Assembly (NCBI RefSeq): GCF_009712225.1 | Contig: NZ_WASP01000019.1 | Location: 44,770-108,769 of the forward strand | DNA: 64,000 nt | DNA from: Desulfovibrio sp. | GTDB taxonomy: Bacteria; Desulfobacterota; Desulfovibrionia; Desulfovibrionales; Desulfovibrionaceae | Direction: 5' to 3' | Shown here: positions 47,178 through 56,042 of the stretch, in pieces | How the letters are laid out: each line of letters begins with the position of its first letter | How positions within the stretch are numbered: the stretch's first letter is position 1 | The notes under the pieces: model-generated | Databases searched by the model: none | Told to the model about the DNA's origin: nothing | The model's input: the letters and a program-made list of their open reading frames with translations, nothing else | Program-made: the position numbers and the translations under genes

Positions 47178-48347
47178 ATGCCTATCAAGAAAATGCAGGA
47201 TCTGGAGCTGGCGGGTAAGACCGTTGTGATTCGTGAAGACCTCAACGTTCCCATGAAGGACGGACAGGTCACCAACGACAAGCGCATCCGTGCGTCCTTG
47301 CCCACCATCCGCACCGCTCTGGAAAAGGGCGCGGGCGTGGTGCTGATTTCGCATCTGGGGCGGCCCACCGAGGGCCAGTATGAAGAACAGTTTTCGCTCA
47401 AGCCCGTGGCGGCCCGTCTTTCAGAACTGCTGGAACTGCCCGTGGCTCTTGCCCCCACGCTCGACGAGGCCAAGGCGGCCCCCGGTGCCGTAACCCTTCT
47501 TGAAAACGTGCGTTTTCTCAAGGGTGAAAAAAAGAATGATCCCGCCCTGGCCGCTCAGCTGGCCGCTCTGGGCGATGTATATGTGATGGACGCCTTTGGC
47601 GCTGCCCACCGCGCGCATGCCTCCACCGAGGGCGCGGTGCGCGTGGCCAAGGTGGCCTGCGCCGGGCCTCTGCTGCGGGCCGAGCTGGATGCCTTCGCCA
47701 AGGTGCTGAATAATCCCGCCCGTCCGCTGGCAGCCATCATCGGCGGTTCCAAGGTTTCCACCAAGCTGGCCCTGCTCGAAAATCTGCTTGACAAGGTGGA
47801 TGTGCTCATCGTGGGCGGCGGCATTGCCAATACGTTTCTGGCTGCTGCCGGGTACATGGTGGGCAAGTCGCTGTACGAGGAAGACCTCGTGCCCGACGCC
47901 AAGCGCATCATGGAGCAGGCCAAGAATCTCAACAGGGAACTGCCCCTGCCCATGGATGTCGTGACCGCTGAAGAACTGGCCCCCGGTCAGGCGGCGACCA
48001 CCCGCGCCGTAGGCGACGTGCCCGCCGACCAGATGATTCTGGACATCGGCCGAGACACCGTCATGCAGTACAAAAAGCTGCTCTCCAAGGTTGCCACCGT
48101 GGTGTGGAACGGTCCCGTGGGCGCTTTTGAAACCGACCCCTTCGGCGAGGGAACCAAGGCACTGGCGCACTATCTTGCCGATTCCAAGGCCTTTGTGGTG
48201 GTGGGCGGAGGTGATTCTGTGGCTGCTGTGGAAAAGTACGGCCTGTCTGAAAAAATGGGCTATATCTCCACTGGCGGCGGTGCGTCGCTTGAGCTGCTTG
48301 AAGGCAAGGTTCTGCCTTCGGTGGCCGCGCTGGAAGACAGGGGCTAG
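47178..48347 (+). CDS. pgk: Phosphoglycerate kinase
   Basis: [20 protein letters not shown] motifs. Confidence 0.96.
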   Translation: MPIKKMQDLELAGKTVVIREDLNVPMKDGQVTNDKRIRASLPTIRTALEKGAGVVLISHLGRPTEGQYEEQFSLKPVAARLSELLELPVALAPTLDEAKAAPGAVTLLENVRFLKGEKKNDPALAAQLAALGDVYVMDAFGAAHRAHASTEGAVRVAKVACAGPLLRAELDAFAKVLNNPARPLAAIIGGSKVSTKLALLENLLDKVDVLIVGGGIANTFLAAAGYMVGKSLYEEDLVPDAKRIMEQAKNLNRELPLPMDVVTAEELAPGQAATTRAVGDVPADQMILDIGRDTVMQYKKLLSKVATVVWNGPVGAFETDPFGEGTKALAHYLADSKAFVVVGGGDSVAAVEKYGLSEKMGYISTGGGASLELLEGKVLPSVAALEDRG

Positions 48348-48534
48348 AGGGTCTGTTAACACCATGGCTCTTTTTTCCCCTGCCTGCGTCAGGAAGCCCT
48401 TTGATTCCGGTCGAGTACCAAAGAGTACACTGCCTTCATAAAAAGGCTTCCTTCCTTGGCAGGGAACAAGATTTCTCATAGTGTTAACAAACCCACGTCC
48501 ATGCCGCCTTACAACTGGTAGATGGCTGATTCAG

Positions 48535-48566
48535 ACCCCCGGATTTTCTGATCCGGGGGTTTTTTG
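48535..48566 (+). terminator. Rho-independent terminator, about 190 nt downstream of the pgk stop
   Basis: acccccgga-ttttctga-tccgggggt followed by ttttt. Confidence 0.85.
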
Positions 48567-48721
48567 CGCTTTGTATCAGGCATTCGTGCTGGTTCTGGCA
48601 AAGAAATGAAACGCGCTAAAATTTTATAAGCGTAACATGCTTGTTTTTTCACAAGCGTTGCGTATGCTGAAGTTGAAAGCATTTTTCAGCATAAAGCATA
48701 TCCAAAACCAGGAGGAAACTC

Positions 48722-49798
48722 ATGAGCAAATTGCGGATTGCCCAGTATGGTTGTGGAAAAATGTCAAAGTATTCGATGCGCTATGTATATGAGAAAGGCG
48801 CGGAAATCGTGGCAGCCTTTGATGTGAACCCGGCGGTAGTGGGCCACGATATCGGCTCTATCATTGGCGGCCCAGACCGGGGCGTGGTAGTGCAGCACGC
48901 GAGCGAGGCCGACAGGGTGCTTGCTGCCATCAAGCCCGATGCCTGCATCATCACCACCATGAGCCTGATGCGCGATATCGCCGAGGCCCTCATGGTCTGC
49001 GCCAGAAACGGCGTCAACGCCATTACCACCAATGAAGAAGCCATCTTTCCCATGAACTCATCACCCGCGCTCACCCGGCAGGTGGACGCCATGGCAAAGC
49101 AGACCGGCTGCACCATCTGCGGTTCGGGGTATCAGGATGTTTTCTGGGGCAATCTTATTGCCACTCTGGCTGGTGCCATGCACAGCATTACGCGCATCAA
49201 GGGCAACTCGAGCTACAATGTGGAAGACTACGGCATCGCACTGGCCAAAGCCCACGGCGCAGGCCTCGATCTGTCGGCATTTGAAAGGGAAATTGCCTCG
49301 GCAGACGCTATCTCGCCCGCAGAGCGGCAGCAGCTCATCGAAAAGGGCGAGTTTTTGCCCTCGTATATGTGGAACGTCAACGGCTGGCTGGCCGAACGGC
49401 TGGGTCTCACGGTAAAAAGTCAGGTGCAGAAGTGTGTGCCGCAAACCCACGGGGCCGAGCTGCGTTCTGAAACCCTGGGCATGACCATACCGGCCGGGCA
49501 TGCCACGGGCATGTCTGCCGTGGTCACCACTGAGACGGAAGAGGGCATAGTCATCGAGAGCGAGTGCGTGGGTAAGGTCTACGCCCCCGGCGAGGTTGAC
49601 CGTAACGACTGGACGCTCATGGGCGAACCAGACACTCAGGTCGTCATTTCACGGCCCGCCACGGTAGAGCTGACCTGCGCCACCATAGTCAACCGCATTC
49701 CTGACCTCATCAACGCCGCGCCCGGTTACGTGACCACCGATCTCATGCCGGTCAACAGCTACCGCGTCAAATCTCTTGACCATTACGTGAACAAGTAA
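48722..49798 (+). CDS. DapB-like NAD(P)-binding oxidoreductase (2,4-diaminopentanoate dehydrogenase / native amine dehydrogenase family)
   Basis: AGGAGG RBS. N-terminal Rossmann motif IAQYGCGKM. Overall length and the GSGYQDVFW region fit the DapB-like amine-dehydrogenase family. The functional call is tentative. Confidence 0.65.
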   Translation: MSKLRIAQYGCGKMSKYSMRYVYEKGAEIVAAFDVNPAVVGHDIGSIIGGPDRGVVVQHASEADRVLAAIKPDACIITTMSLMRDIAEALMVCARNGVNAITTNEEAIFPMNSSPALTRQVDAMAKQTGCTICGSGYQDVFWGNLIATLAGAMHSITRIKGNSSYNVEDYGIALAKAHGAGLDLSAFEREIASADAISPAERQQLIEKGEFLPSYMWNVNGWLAERLGLTVKSQVQKCVPQTHGAELRSETLGMTIPAGHATGMSAVVTTETEEGIVIESECVGKVYAPGEVDRNDWTLMGEPDTQVVISRPATVELTCATIVNRIPDLINAAPGYVTTDLMPVNSYRVKSLDHYVNK

Positions 49799-49833
49799 TT
49801 CATTCTTCCCCCCCAACCGCCATTGGCGGAGTT

Positions 49834-49877
49834 TCCGCCGCATGCAGCAACTGGCTGGTGCGGCGGATTTTATTTTT
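49834..49877 (+). terminator. Rho-independent terminator
   Basis: 9-bp stem tccgccgca/tgcggcgga followed by ttttattttt. Confidence 0.75.
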
Positions 49878-49883
49878 ATCTGC

Positions 49884-49911
49884 TTGACAATTTGTCGCGT
49901 GGGATTATGCT
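49884..49911 (+). promoter_or_regulatory. Sigma70-like promoter for the NifX/MinD-Fd cluster
   Basis: TTGACA (49884-49889), 16-nt spacer, TATGCT (49906-49911). Lies 30 nt upstream of the ATG at 49941. Confidence 0.55.
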
Positions 49912-49940
49912 CATTTGAGCAAAAACAAGGGAGCGAGCAG

Positions 49941-50291
49941 ATGAAAGTTGCCGTCTCAAGCGAAGGCCCGGGGCTGGAATCGCAGGTTGATCCGCGATTC
50001 GGCAGGGCTGGCGGATTTGTCATTGTGGATATGGAAACCATGCGGGCCGACTATGTGGATAACGGCGCGTCACAGGCTGCTGCTCAGGGGGCTGGCATCC
50101 AGACTGCCGAGCGTCTGGCCGGGCTGGGTGTGCAGGCTGTCATGAGCGGCTATGTGGGGCCCAAGGCTTTTATGGCGCTTAAGGCTGCAGGGCTGGACGT
50201 GTATCAGGACATGGACAACCGCAGCGTGGCAGATGCCGTGCGCTGCCTTGCGGATGGCTCGGTGAGCCCCGCCACTGCTCCCAACAAGTAG
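49941..50291 (+). CDS. NifX/NifB-C-terminal-like (dinitrogenase FeMo-cofactor-binding fold, MTH1175-like) small protein
   Basis: AAGGGAG RBS. MKVAVSSEG...DPRFGRAGGFVIVD is the family-typical N-terminus. Confidence 0.8.
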   Translation: MKVAVSSEGPGLESQVDPRFGRAGGFVIVDMETMRADYVDNGASQAAAQGAGIQTAERLAGLGVQAVMSGYVGPKAFMALKAAGLDVYQDMDNRSVADAVRCLADGSVSPATAPNK

Positions 50292-50297
50292 GTTCAT

Positions 50298-51203
50298 ATG
50301 CGCATTGTTATTGCCAGTGGCAAGGGCGGCGCGGGAAAAACCACGGTAACCGCCTGCCTTGCCTCACAGTGGACAGGCGACCTCATGCTGGCCGACGCCG
50401 ATGTGGAAGCGCCCAACCTGCATCTTTTGCTGCACCCAAGCCTTGCAGAGCCTGAAACGGTCTGCCTTGAAGTGCCGGAACTGCTGGCAGAAAGATGCAC
50501 TGGCTGTGGCGCTTGCCGCCCCATGTGTTCCTATGGCGCTATTGCCATGCTGGGCGCAAAGCCCATGTATTTTCAGGATATGTGTCACGGCTGCGGCGGC
50601 TGTTTTGCGGTGTGTCCGGAACAGGCGCTGCGCGTGGCACAGCGCGAGCTGGGCGCGTTGCTGCTGGGCACGGCCCGGGCTGGCGAACGAAGCGTGCCAT
50701 TTCTTATGGGGCGCACCCGTGTGGGTGAGGCCATGACCCCGCCGTTGCTGCGCGCGCAAGAGCGCAGGCTGGCGGCAGAGCTCATGGCCCACCCCGCGGA
50801 TGTACTTATGGATGCGCCACCCGGCGTGAGCTGCCCGGCCATGACCGCTGCCCGCAACGCCGATGCCGTGCTGCTGGTGGCGGAACCCACACCCTTTGGT
50901 CTGTACGATTTCAAGCTGGCCCATGCGGCTTTTGCACAGCTGGGGCGACCTGTTGCCTTGGTTATCAACCGCGTGGGCATGCAGGGCAATGCTGCGTGCG
51001 AGGAAGAGATGCGCGCCTGGTGCGCCGGGGCCAAACTGCCTGTTTTGGCAGAACTGCCCTTTGAGCGCGAGGCCGCCGAGGCCTATGCGCACGGCGTACC
51101 TCCCACAGAGGACCAGGGCGCCACTGGGCAGCAGTGGCGGCAGAGTTTTGCCGAGCTTGCGGCAAAGCTGCGGAATTTTGCGGAGGGTGCGCGCCATGCA
51201 TGA
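50298..51203 (+). CDS. MinD/ParA-superfamily P-loop ATPase with an inserted 2x[4Fe-4S] ferredoxin domain (paralog 1)
   Basis: Deviant Walker A SGKGGAGKTT. Cys motifs CTGCGACRPMC and CHGCGGCFAVCP. Confidence 0.85.
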   Translation: MRIVIASGKGGAGKTTVTACLASQWTGDLMLADADVEAPNLHLLLHPSLAEPETVCLEVPELLAERCTGCGACRPMCSYGAIAMLGAKPMYFQDMCHGCGGCFAVCPEQALRVAQRELGALLLGTARAGERSVPFLMGRTRVGEAMTPPLLRAQERRLAAELMAHPADVLMDAPPGVSCPAMTAARNADAVLLVAEPTPFGLYDFKLAHAAFAQLGRPVALVINRVGMQGNAACEEEMRAWCAGAKLPVLAELPFEREAAEAYAHGVPPTEDQGATGQQWRQSFAELAAKLRNFAEGARHA

Positions 51204-52107
51204 GATTGTAGTTGTTAGCGGCAAGGGCGGCACAGGAAAGACAACGGTTTGCGCCGCATTTGCCGCGCTGGCGCATGCACGTGGGCAAAAGGCCGTGCTC
51301 TGCGATCTGGATGTGGACGTGCCTGACATGCACATTCTGCTGAACCCGCAGATACAGCAGCGCGAGGCCTTCATATCGGGCAACACGGCCCGCATCAATC
51401 CTGATCTCTGCACCGCATGCGGACGTTGTGCCGAGTTGTGCCGCTTTGACGCGGTGCACCTTGCCGACGGCGTATACAGCATTGACGAATTGGGCTGCGA
51501 GGGCTGCGGTGTGTGCCACAAGCTATGCCCGGCGGGGGCCGTGGAATTTCCTGAGCGGCGCTGCGGTGAGTGGTACATGAGCGATACACGCCTTGGCCCC
51601 TTCGTGCATGCCCAGCTTGAACCGGGACAGGAAAATTCCGGTCGGCTCGTGTCGCAGATCAAGCGTCAGGCCCGCGAAAAGGCTGCCAGCCTGGGGGCAG
51701 ACCTTGTGCTCTGCGATGGTTCGCCCGGCGTAGGTTGCCCTGTTATCAGCTCTCTTTCCGGCGCGGCGCTGGCCGTGGCGGTGGTGGAACCCACCCCTTC
51801 GGGGCGGCACGACTTTGGCCGGGTGGCCGAGCTGTGCGCGCATTTTCGTATTCCCGTAACGGTACTCATCAACAAGGCCGACTTGAACGCGCAGGAAACA
51901 GCCCGTATCCACGCCATGATTGAAGAGGGGGGGCACCACCTGCTGGGCGAGCTGCCTTTCAGCTCACTGGTAACGCAGACCATGGTGCGGCGTCAGGCCC
52001 TTACGGAAGAAAATTCAGCCCTTGCCGAAATACTGGCCGCAGCCTGGGAGCGCGCGTGCGCCCTTGCTGCTCAGCCGGGGCGGCGGGGCGCAAAAAACAG
52101 TCTGTAA
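51196..52107 (+). CDS. MinD/ParA-superfamily P-loop ATPase with an inserted 2x[4Fe-4S] ferredoxin domain (paralog 2)
   Basis: The ATG at 51196 overlaps the upstream stop by 8 nt (ATGCATGA). SGKGGTGKTT; CTACGRCAELC; CEGCGVCHKLCP. Confidence 0.85.
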   Translation: MHEIVVVSGKGGTGKTTVCAAFAALAHARGQKAVLCDLDVDVPDMHILLNPQIQQREAFISGNTARINPDLCTACGRCAELCRFDAVHLADGVYSIDELGCEGCGVCHKLCPAGAVEFPERRCGEWYMSDTRLGPFVHAQLEPGQENSGRLVSQIKRQAREKAASLGADLVLCDGSPGVGCPVISSLSGAALAVAVVEPTPSGRHDFGRVAELCAHFRIPVTVLINKADLNAQETARIHAMIEEGGHHLLGELPFSSLVTQTMVRRQALTEENSALAEILAAAWERACALAAQPGRRGAKNSL

Positions 52108-52119
52108 AAGGAAAGCATC

Positions 52120-52497
52120 ATGAGCAAGACTATTCTGGCAATTCCTTCGCAAATGCCCGGCGGCCTGGATTCCGGCATGGGCATGCATTTTGGTCATTGC
52201 GATATTTACACCATTGTTGAGCTGGAAAACGGGCAGGTGGCTGGTCAATCCACCCTCGCCTCCATTCCTCATCAGCAGGGCGGCTGTCTTGCTCCGGTAC
52301 AGTACCTTGCCGCCCACGGTGTAAACGCGCTGTTGGCTGGCGGTATGGGCATGCGCCCCCTGATGGGTTTCAACCAGATGGGCATCAGCGTGTACTACGC
52401 TGGCAACCAGCCCACAGTGGGCATGGCCGTACAGGCTTTTTGCCAGGGCAAGCTGACAGAATTTACGCCCGACCAGACCTGCGGCGGCGGTCACTAG
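52120..52497 (+). CDS. NifX-like FeMo-cofactor-binding-fold protein with a Cys/His C-terminal tail
   Basis: MHFGHCDIYTIVELENG, LLAGGMGMRP, C-terminal TCGGGH. Confidence 0.8.
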   Translation: MSKTILAIPSQMPGGLDSGMGMHFGHCDIYTIVELENGQVAGQSTLASIPHQQGGCLAPVQYLAAHGVNALLAGGMGMRPLMGFNQMGISVYYAGNQPTVGMAVQAFCQGKLTEFTPDQTCGGGH

Positions 52498-52503
52498 GTC
52501 GCC

Positions 52504-52869
52504 ATGAAGCGCTCCATCTTGTTGCAGACGGGCAGACCGGCCGTTTTTGCCCCCTTTGTGCGGGAGCTCGAGCGGCAGGGCTGCACCGTAACCACGGTTG
52601 CAGATGCCGCAGCCTGCAAGGATTGCGTGCAGCGACAGGCCCCGCAGCTGGTGGTGGTTGACGCGCCCACGCACGGGCAGGCACGGCAGGATGTTATAGG
52701 CATCATGCGTGTAAACGCGCTGGTGCATACAGCGGTTGTTACTGACATGGCGGCTGATGCCTTTCATGACGCCATGGAGGGGCTTGGCATTCTGACCTCG
52801 CTGCCGCCCGCACCCGGGGCGGATGACGCACGCCGCCTGTTGCAACTGCTGAACGACGTGATGGCCTGA
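52504..52869 (+). CDS. Small hypothetical protein, possibly a degenerate receiver (REC)-like fold
   Basis: 121 aa, starting 6 nt after the upstream stop. The alternating pattern ILL...LVVVD...AVVTD resembles CheY strands, but the N-terminal acidic pair and the conserved Lys are not evident. Confidence 0.55.
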   Translation: MKRSILLQTGRPAVFAPFVRELERQGCTVTTVADAAACKDCVQRQAPQLVVVDAPTHGQARQDVIGIMRVNALVHTAVVTDMAADAFHDAMEGLGILTSLPPAPGADDARRLLQLLNDVMA

Positions 52870-53188
52870 GCGCTGGGCCACAGGCCCGGCAGCGCACAGG
52901 TTTTACATTGGCGCAGGCCCGTATTCACGCTGGGCCGCGCACCTTGGGCCACTGATACGCGTCCCGTACAGGCGCGATTGCCGGGCGGCCCGCGAAAACA
53001 TGGCCGGATCTGAAACAGGTTTACCCCTCCTGTTTCAGGTTCGGCCATGCCCGATCTGTTTTTGTTGCCATGCCGCACACCGCGAGGTGTCGCGCAATAT
53101 CCCCAATGCCGCATCAGCCGTGACTGCGCCCCTTGCGCATGCCAGTTCATTGGCTTATTCTCAAATAAAACCATATTGCTGGGAAATT

Positions 53189-53920
53189 ATGCCAAGACCT
53201 TGCCATTGCAGGCGCGTAAGCGCGCTGCCCAAAAACAGCTGTTTCAAACCCAACGGGGTTCCCCTGCACGAGCTTGAAGAAGTGGTGCTGTCGCTGGATG
53301 GCCTGGAGGCCTTGCGGCTGGCCGACTTTGAAGACCTGAACATGGATGAGGCCGCCGCCCGCATGGGTGTTTCGCGGCATACCTTTGGCAGGCTCTTGCG
53401 TCGCGCTCGTCGCAGTGTGGCGCAGGCCCTTGTGCTGGGGCAGGCCCTGCGCATTGAGGGCGGCGTGTGCGCGGTGGATGCCCCTGAGGGGCACGATGCA
53501 GGGGCAACTGCCAAGGGGGCAGAATCCGCAGCGGGCGACCTGCTGGTGGCTGTTCCCAGTCTGATGCCGGGTGGCCCTGAGGCTGCGCCCAATGCGCATT
53601 TTGGCAGATGCCAGGTCTATACGCTGGCCCGGGTGGAAAATGGAAAGATAACAGAGATGGGTGTGCAGCCCAACCCCATGCATCAGGGTGGCGACTGCGG
53701 CGGGCCGGTGCAGGCCCTCTTGCGGCTGGGGGTAAATACCCTGCTGGCTGGCGGCATGGGCATGCGCCCCTTGCAGGCTTTGCAGGCGGCGGGCATTGCC
53801 GTGTACTATAATGCCAGTCTGCCCACGGTGGCCGACTGTCTCAACGCCTTTGCCGCGGGCAGGCTTGTGCCTTTCGGCCCCGGGCATCTGTGCCAGGGCG
53901 GCTGCGCTTCCAAACGGTAG
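53189..53920 (+). CDS. DUF134 (UPF0251, putative DNA-binding) domain fused to a NifX-like domain
   Basis: Start re-set to the ATG at 53189. MPRPCHCRRV..FKPNGVPL..LEEVVLSLDGLEALRLAD...MGVSRHTFGRLL is DUF134-typical. C-terminal half has AHFGRCQVYTL, LLAGGMGMRP and a terminal CQGGC. Confidence 0.8.
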   Translation: MPRPCHCRRVSALPKNSCFKPNGVPLHELEEVVLSLDGLEALRLADFEDLNMDEAAARMGVSRHTFGRLLRRARRSVAQALVLGQALRIEGGVCAVDAPEGHDAGATAKGAESAAGDLLVAVPSLMPGGPEAAPNAHFGRCQVYTLARVENGKITEMGVQPNPMHQGGDCGGPVQALLRLGVNTLLAGGMGMRPLQALQAAGIAVYYNASLPTVADCLNAFAAGRLVPFGPGHLCQGGCASKR

Positions 53921-54015
53921 ACTCATGCAGGCCGCGGCAATGACCCGCAAGAGTCTACACGTTTAGAAAGCGCCTTGTTTGTAAGCCCGGCGTGCAACTC
54001 CACCGGGAACATTCG

Positions 54016-54792
54016 CTAGAATGCGTACAAAAAGCCCCCGCTCAGCGAGTACTTGCTGCTGTGCTCAACCATGGGGCTGTTACTGACCTCTTCACCCAGA
54101 AACAGAGCCTTGCCACTGGCAAAGGCGCTCCAGCTTTCCGAAAGGCCCACCCGCAGGGTAAGCTCTCCGTAAGGGGCAAGGGTTGCCTGAGGCGAGTAGT
54201 GGCTCAGCCCGCTGGCCTGAGCCTCGCTCTTGCTCACACCGTAGTAATAGTCGTTGTAATTCTCGTCGGTCCACTGCACTCCAAGCGTGGGAATAAGTGA
54301 CATGTTGGCAAAGCGGACTGGATAGGAATATGACGCAACTGCCATTACACCGTTATTCACACCCAGAGCATCGGTAGAAAGCGTGGCCGCAAGCATGCCC
54401 AGATCGGTGTGCAGCCGGTAGTTGATACCCACCATGGCCGATGCATACCGGTCATCAAGCTTTTTCATGGCCGAGCTGTCGCTCCACGAGGCGAAGAAAT
54501 TCTGCGGCAGATACGAAAGCTGCACGTTGAATTCGTGGTTTTCGTTTTTGAATACATGCACGCCGCCACTCAGCCCTCGCAGATACAGCCTGTCTCCCTC
54601 ATAACCCAGCAGGGGCAGGGCTGTTCCCAGCCGTTCCACTCCCCGGTATTCAGACGTTGAAACCGTGCCGCCAATGCCGAGGTCGAAGCCCCAGCGGTTG
54701 TCGGTGTTTTTGTTTTCTTCTGCCTGCACTGCAAACACAGACCCTATAAGAATGGTTACTGCTGCAATACACGACAGCACCTTTTGACGCAT
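54016..54792 (-). CDS. MipA/OmpV-family outer-membrane protein
   Basis: The ATG at 54792 follows GGAGGA. Signal peptide, then beta-strand-rich sequence (RWGFDLGIGG, ALPLLGYEGDRLYLRG) ending in aromatic YAF. Confidence 0.85.
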   Translation of the reverse strand: MRQKVLSCIAAVTILIGSVFAVQAEENKNTDNRWGFDLGIGGTVSTSEYRGVERLGTALPLLGYEGDRLYLRGLSGGVHVFKNENHEFNVQLSYLPQNFFASWSDSSAMKKLDDRYASAMVGINYRLHTDLGMLAATLSTDALGVNNGVMAVASYSYPVRFANMSLIPTLGVQWTDENYNDYYYGVSKSEAQASGLSHYSPQATLAPYGELTLRVGLSESWSAFASGKALFLGEEVSNSPMVEHSSKYSLSGGFLYAF

Positions 54793-54804
54793 GGTTCCTC
54801 CTGC

Positions 54805-54848
54805 GCAACAAAAATGTTGCACTTTCCATAGAAAATAGGTAACCGGTT
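54805..54848. promoter_or_regulatory. Candidate operator palindromes in the mipA/tetR divergent intergenic region
   Basis: GCAACA-aaaa-TGTTGC at 54805-54820. AACCGGTT at 54841-54848. Confidence 0.35.
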
Positions 54849-54908
54849 GATTACACGAAAGCCTAGCTCTAATCTTGGAGCCATGTCAAGCAGCAACAAG
54901 TACAGAGG

Positions 54909-55517
54909 ATGAACGCAATGGTTTCTGATCGTAAGAAAGTTTCAGCCCCACAGCAAAAGCGCAATGCTGCAGCAACGCGTAACCGTTTACTGCAAGCAGC
55001 AAGAAGGCTCTTTGCCGGAGCCAACTATGTCAGTGTTGGTATTCGAGAAATCGGTGCAGAAGCAGGAGTAAACCCGGCTTTGATCAGTCGCTATTTTGGC
55101 TCGAAACGGAACCTTTTTCTTGAGGTGGCATCCATACTCAATGAAGAGGGCAATGCTGCCCTGCCCGATGCTCCCCCCGCAGAAAGAACCAAGCTGGCCA
55201 TGAACAGTATTCTGTGCGACGGCGCGCACAGCGCGTGGGTGACGGATTTTCGCATCACGGCGCTTTCTGCGCTTGATCCCAATGTTTCGGATGTAATGAC
55301 GGCTACGTATGACAAGGTGCGTGAGCAGATCATGGGTGTGCTGTCGGACGAACAGGCGGCAACCCGTGCAGAGCTGATACTTGCGCAGCTTATGGGCGCC
55401 GCTCTGGTGGTAAACCTGCTGCGCGGCGACAAGTCGCCAAAGATTGATCTGGAATTTATGAAGCAGTTTTATGCCCGGCAGATGGAAGAGCTCTTTGCCG
55501 GCAGCGTGCAAGGCTAG
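54909..55517 (+). CDS. TetR/AcrR-family transcriptional regulator
   Basis: TRNRLLQAARRLFAGANYVSVGIREIGAEAGVNPALISRYFGSKRNLF helix-turn-helix. The ATG at 54918 has better RBS spacing than the one at 54909. Confidence 0.88.
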   Translation: MNAMVSDRKKVSAPQQKRNAAATRNRLLQAARRLFAGANYVSVGIREIGAEAGVNPALISRYFGSKRNLFLEVASILNEEGNAALPDAPPAERTKLAMNSILCDGAHSAWVTDFRITALSALDPNVSDVMTATYDKVREQIMGVLSDEQAATRAELILAQLMGAALVVNLLRGDKSPKIDLEFMKQFYARQMEELFAGSVQG

Positions 55518-55527
55518 CGAAAGACAA

Positions 55528-55571
55528 GGCCCTGCGTCTGGAAGTTGCGCAGGGCCAGCCCGAATTTTTTT
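55528..55571. terminator. Hairpin terminator between convergent tetR and yccF
   Basis: ggccctgcg/cgcagggcc stem, with ttttttt 8 nt downstream on the plus strand. Confidence 0.55.
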
Positions 55572-55574
55572 CTG

Positions 55575-56042
55575 CTAGAAGCGGCCCTCGCGAAAGCCGC
55601 GCTCTGCGGCTACACGTTCTGCTGCATCGGCCAGCGGGGCGGGTACAATGGTCTTGCCGATGGGGCAGAGCGCCAGAGCCGCCAGTTTGACGTGCTGCCA
55701 CGCAAAGGGAATGCCGATGATGGTCACCGCGCACATGATGGCCGAAAGCAGATGGCCCATGGCAATCCACACGCCAGCCAGCACAAGCCAGATGATATTG
55801 CCCACCGTGCCCCAAATGCCCGTGCCCACATCCTGCCTGCCAGTCAGCACATCACGCGCCACCGGCATTTTGCCAAAGGGAAAAAAGGCAAAGCTGCCCA
55901 TGACAAAGCAGGCCCTGCCCCACGGAATGCCCACAATGGAAACAAAGCAGAGCAGGCCGTAAAGCCACCACACAAGCCCCATAAGAATGCCACCGCACAA
56001 AAACCATATGGCATTGCCAAGGCAGCTGATGGTGCTGTTCAT
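55575..56042 (-). CDS. yccF: YccF-domain inner membrane protein
   Basis: The ATG at 56042 follows AGGAGG. Duplicated YccF motifs (GNAIWFLCGG, IVGIPWG and GNIIWLVLAG, IIGIPFA). Confidence 0.88.
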   Translation of the reverse strand: MNSTISCLGNAIWFLCGGILMGLVWWLYGLLCFVSIVGIPWGRACFVMGSFAFFPFGKMPVARDVLTGRQDVGTGIWGTVGNIIWLVLAGVWIAMGHLLSAIMCAVTIIGIPFAWQHVKLAALALCPIGKTIVPAPLADAAERVAAERGFREGRF

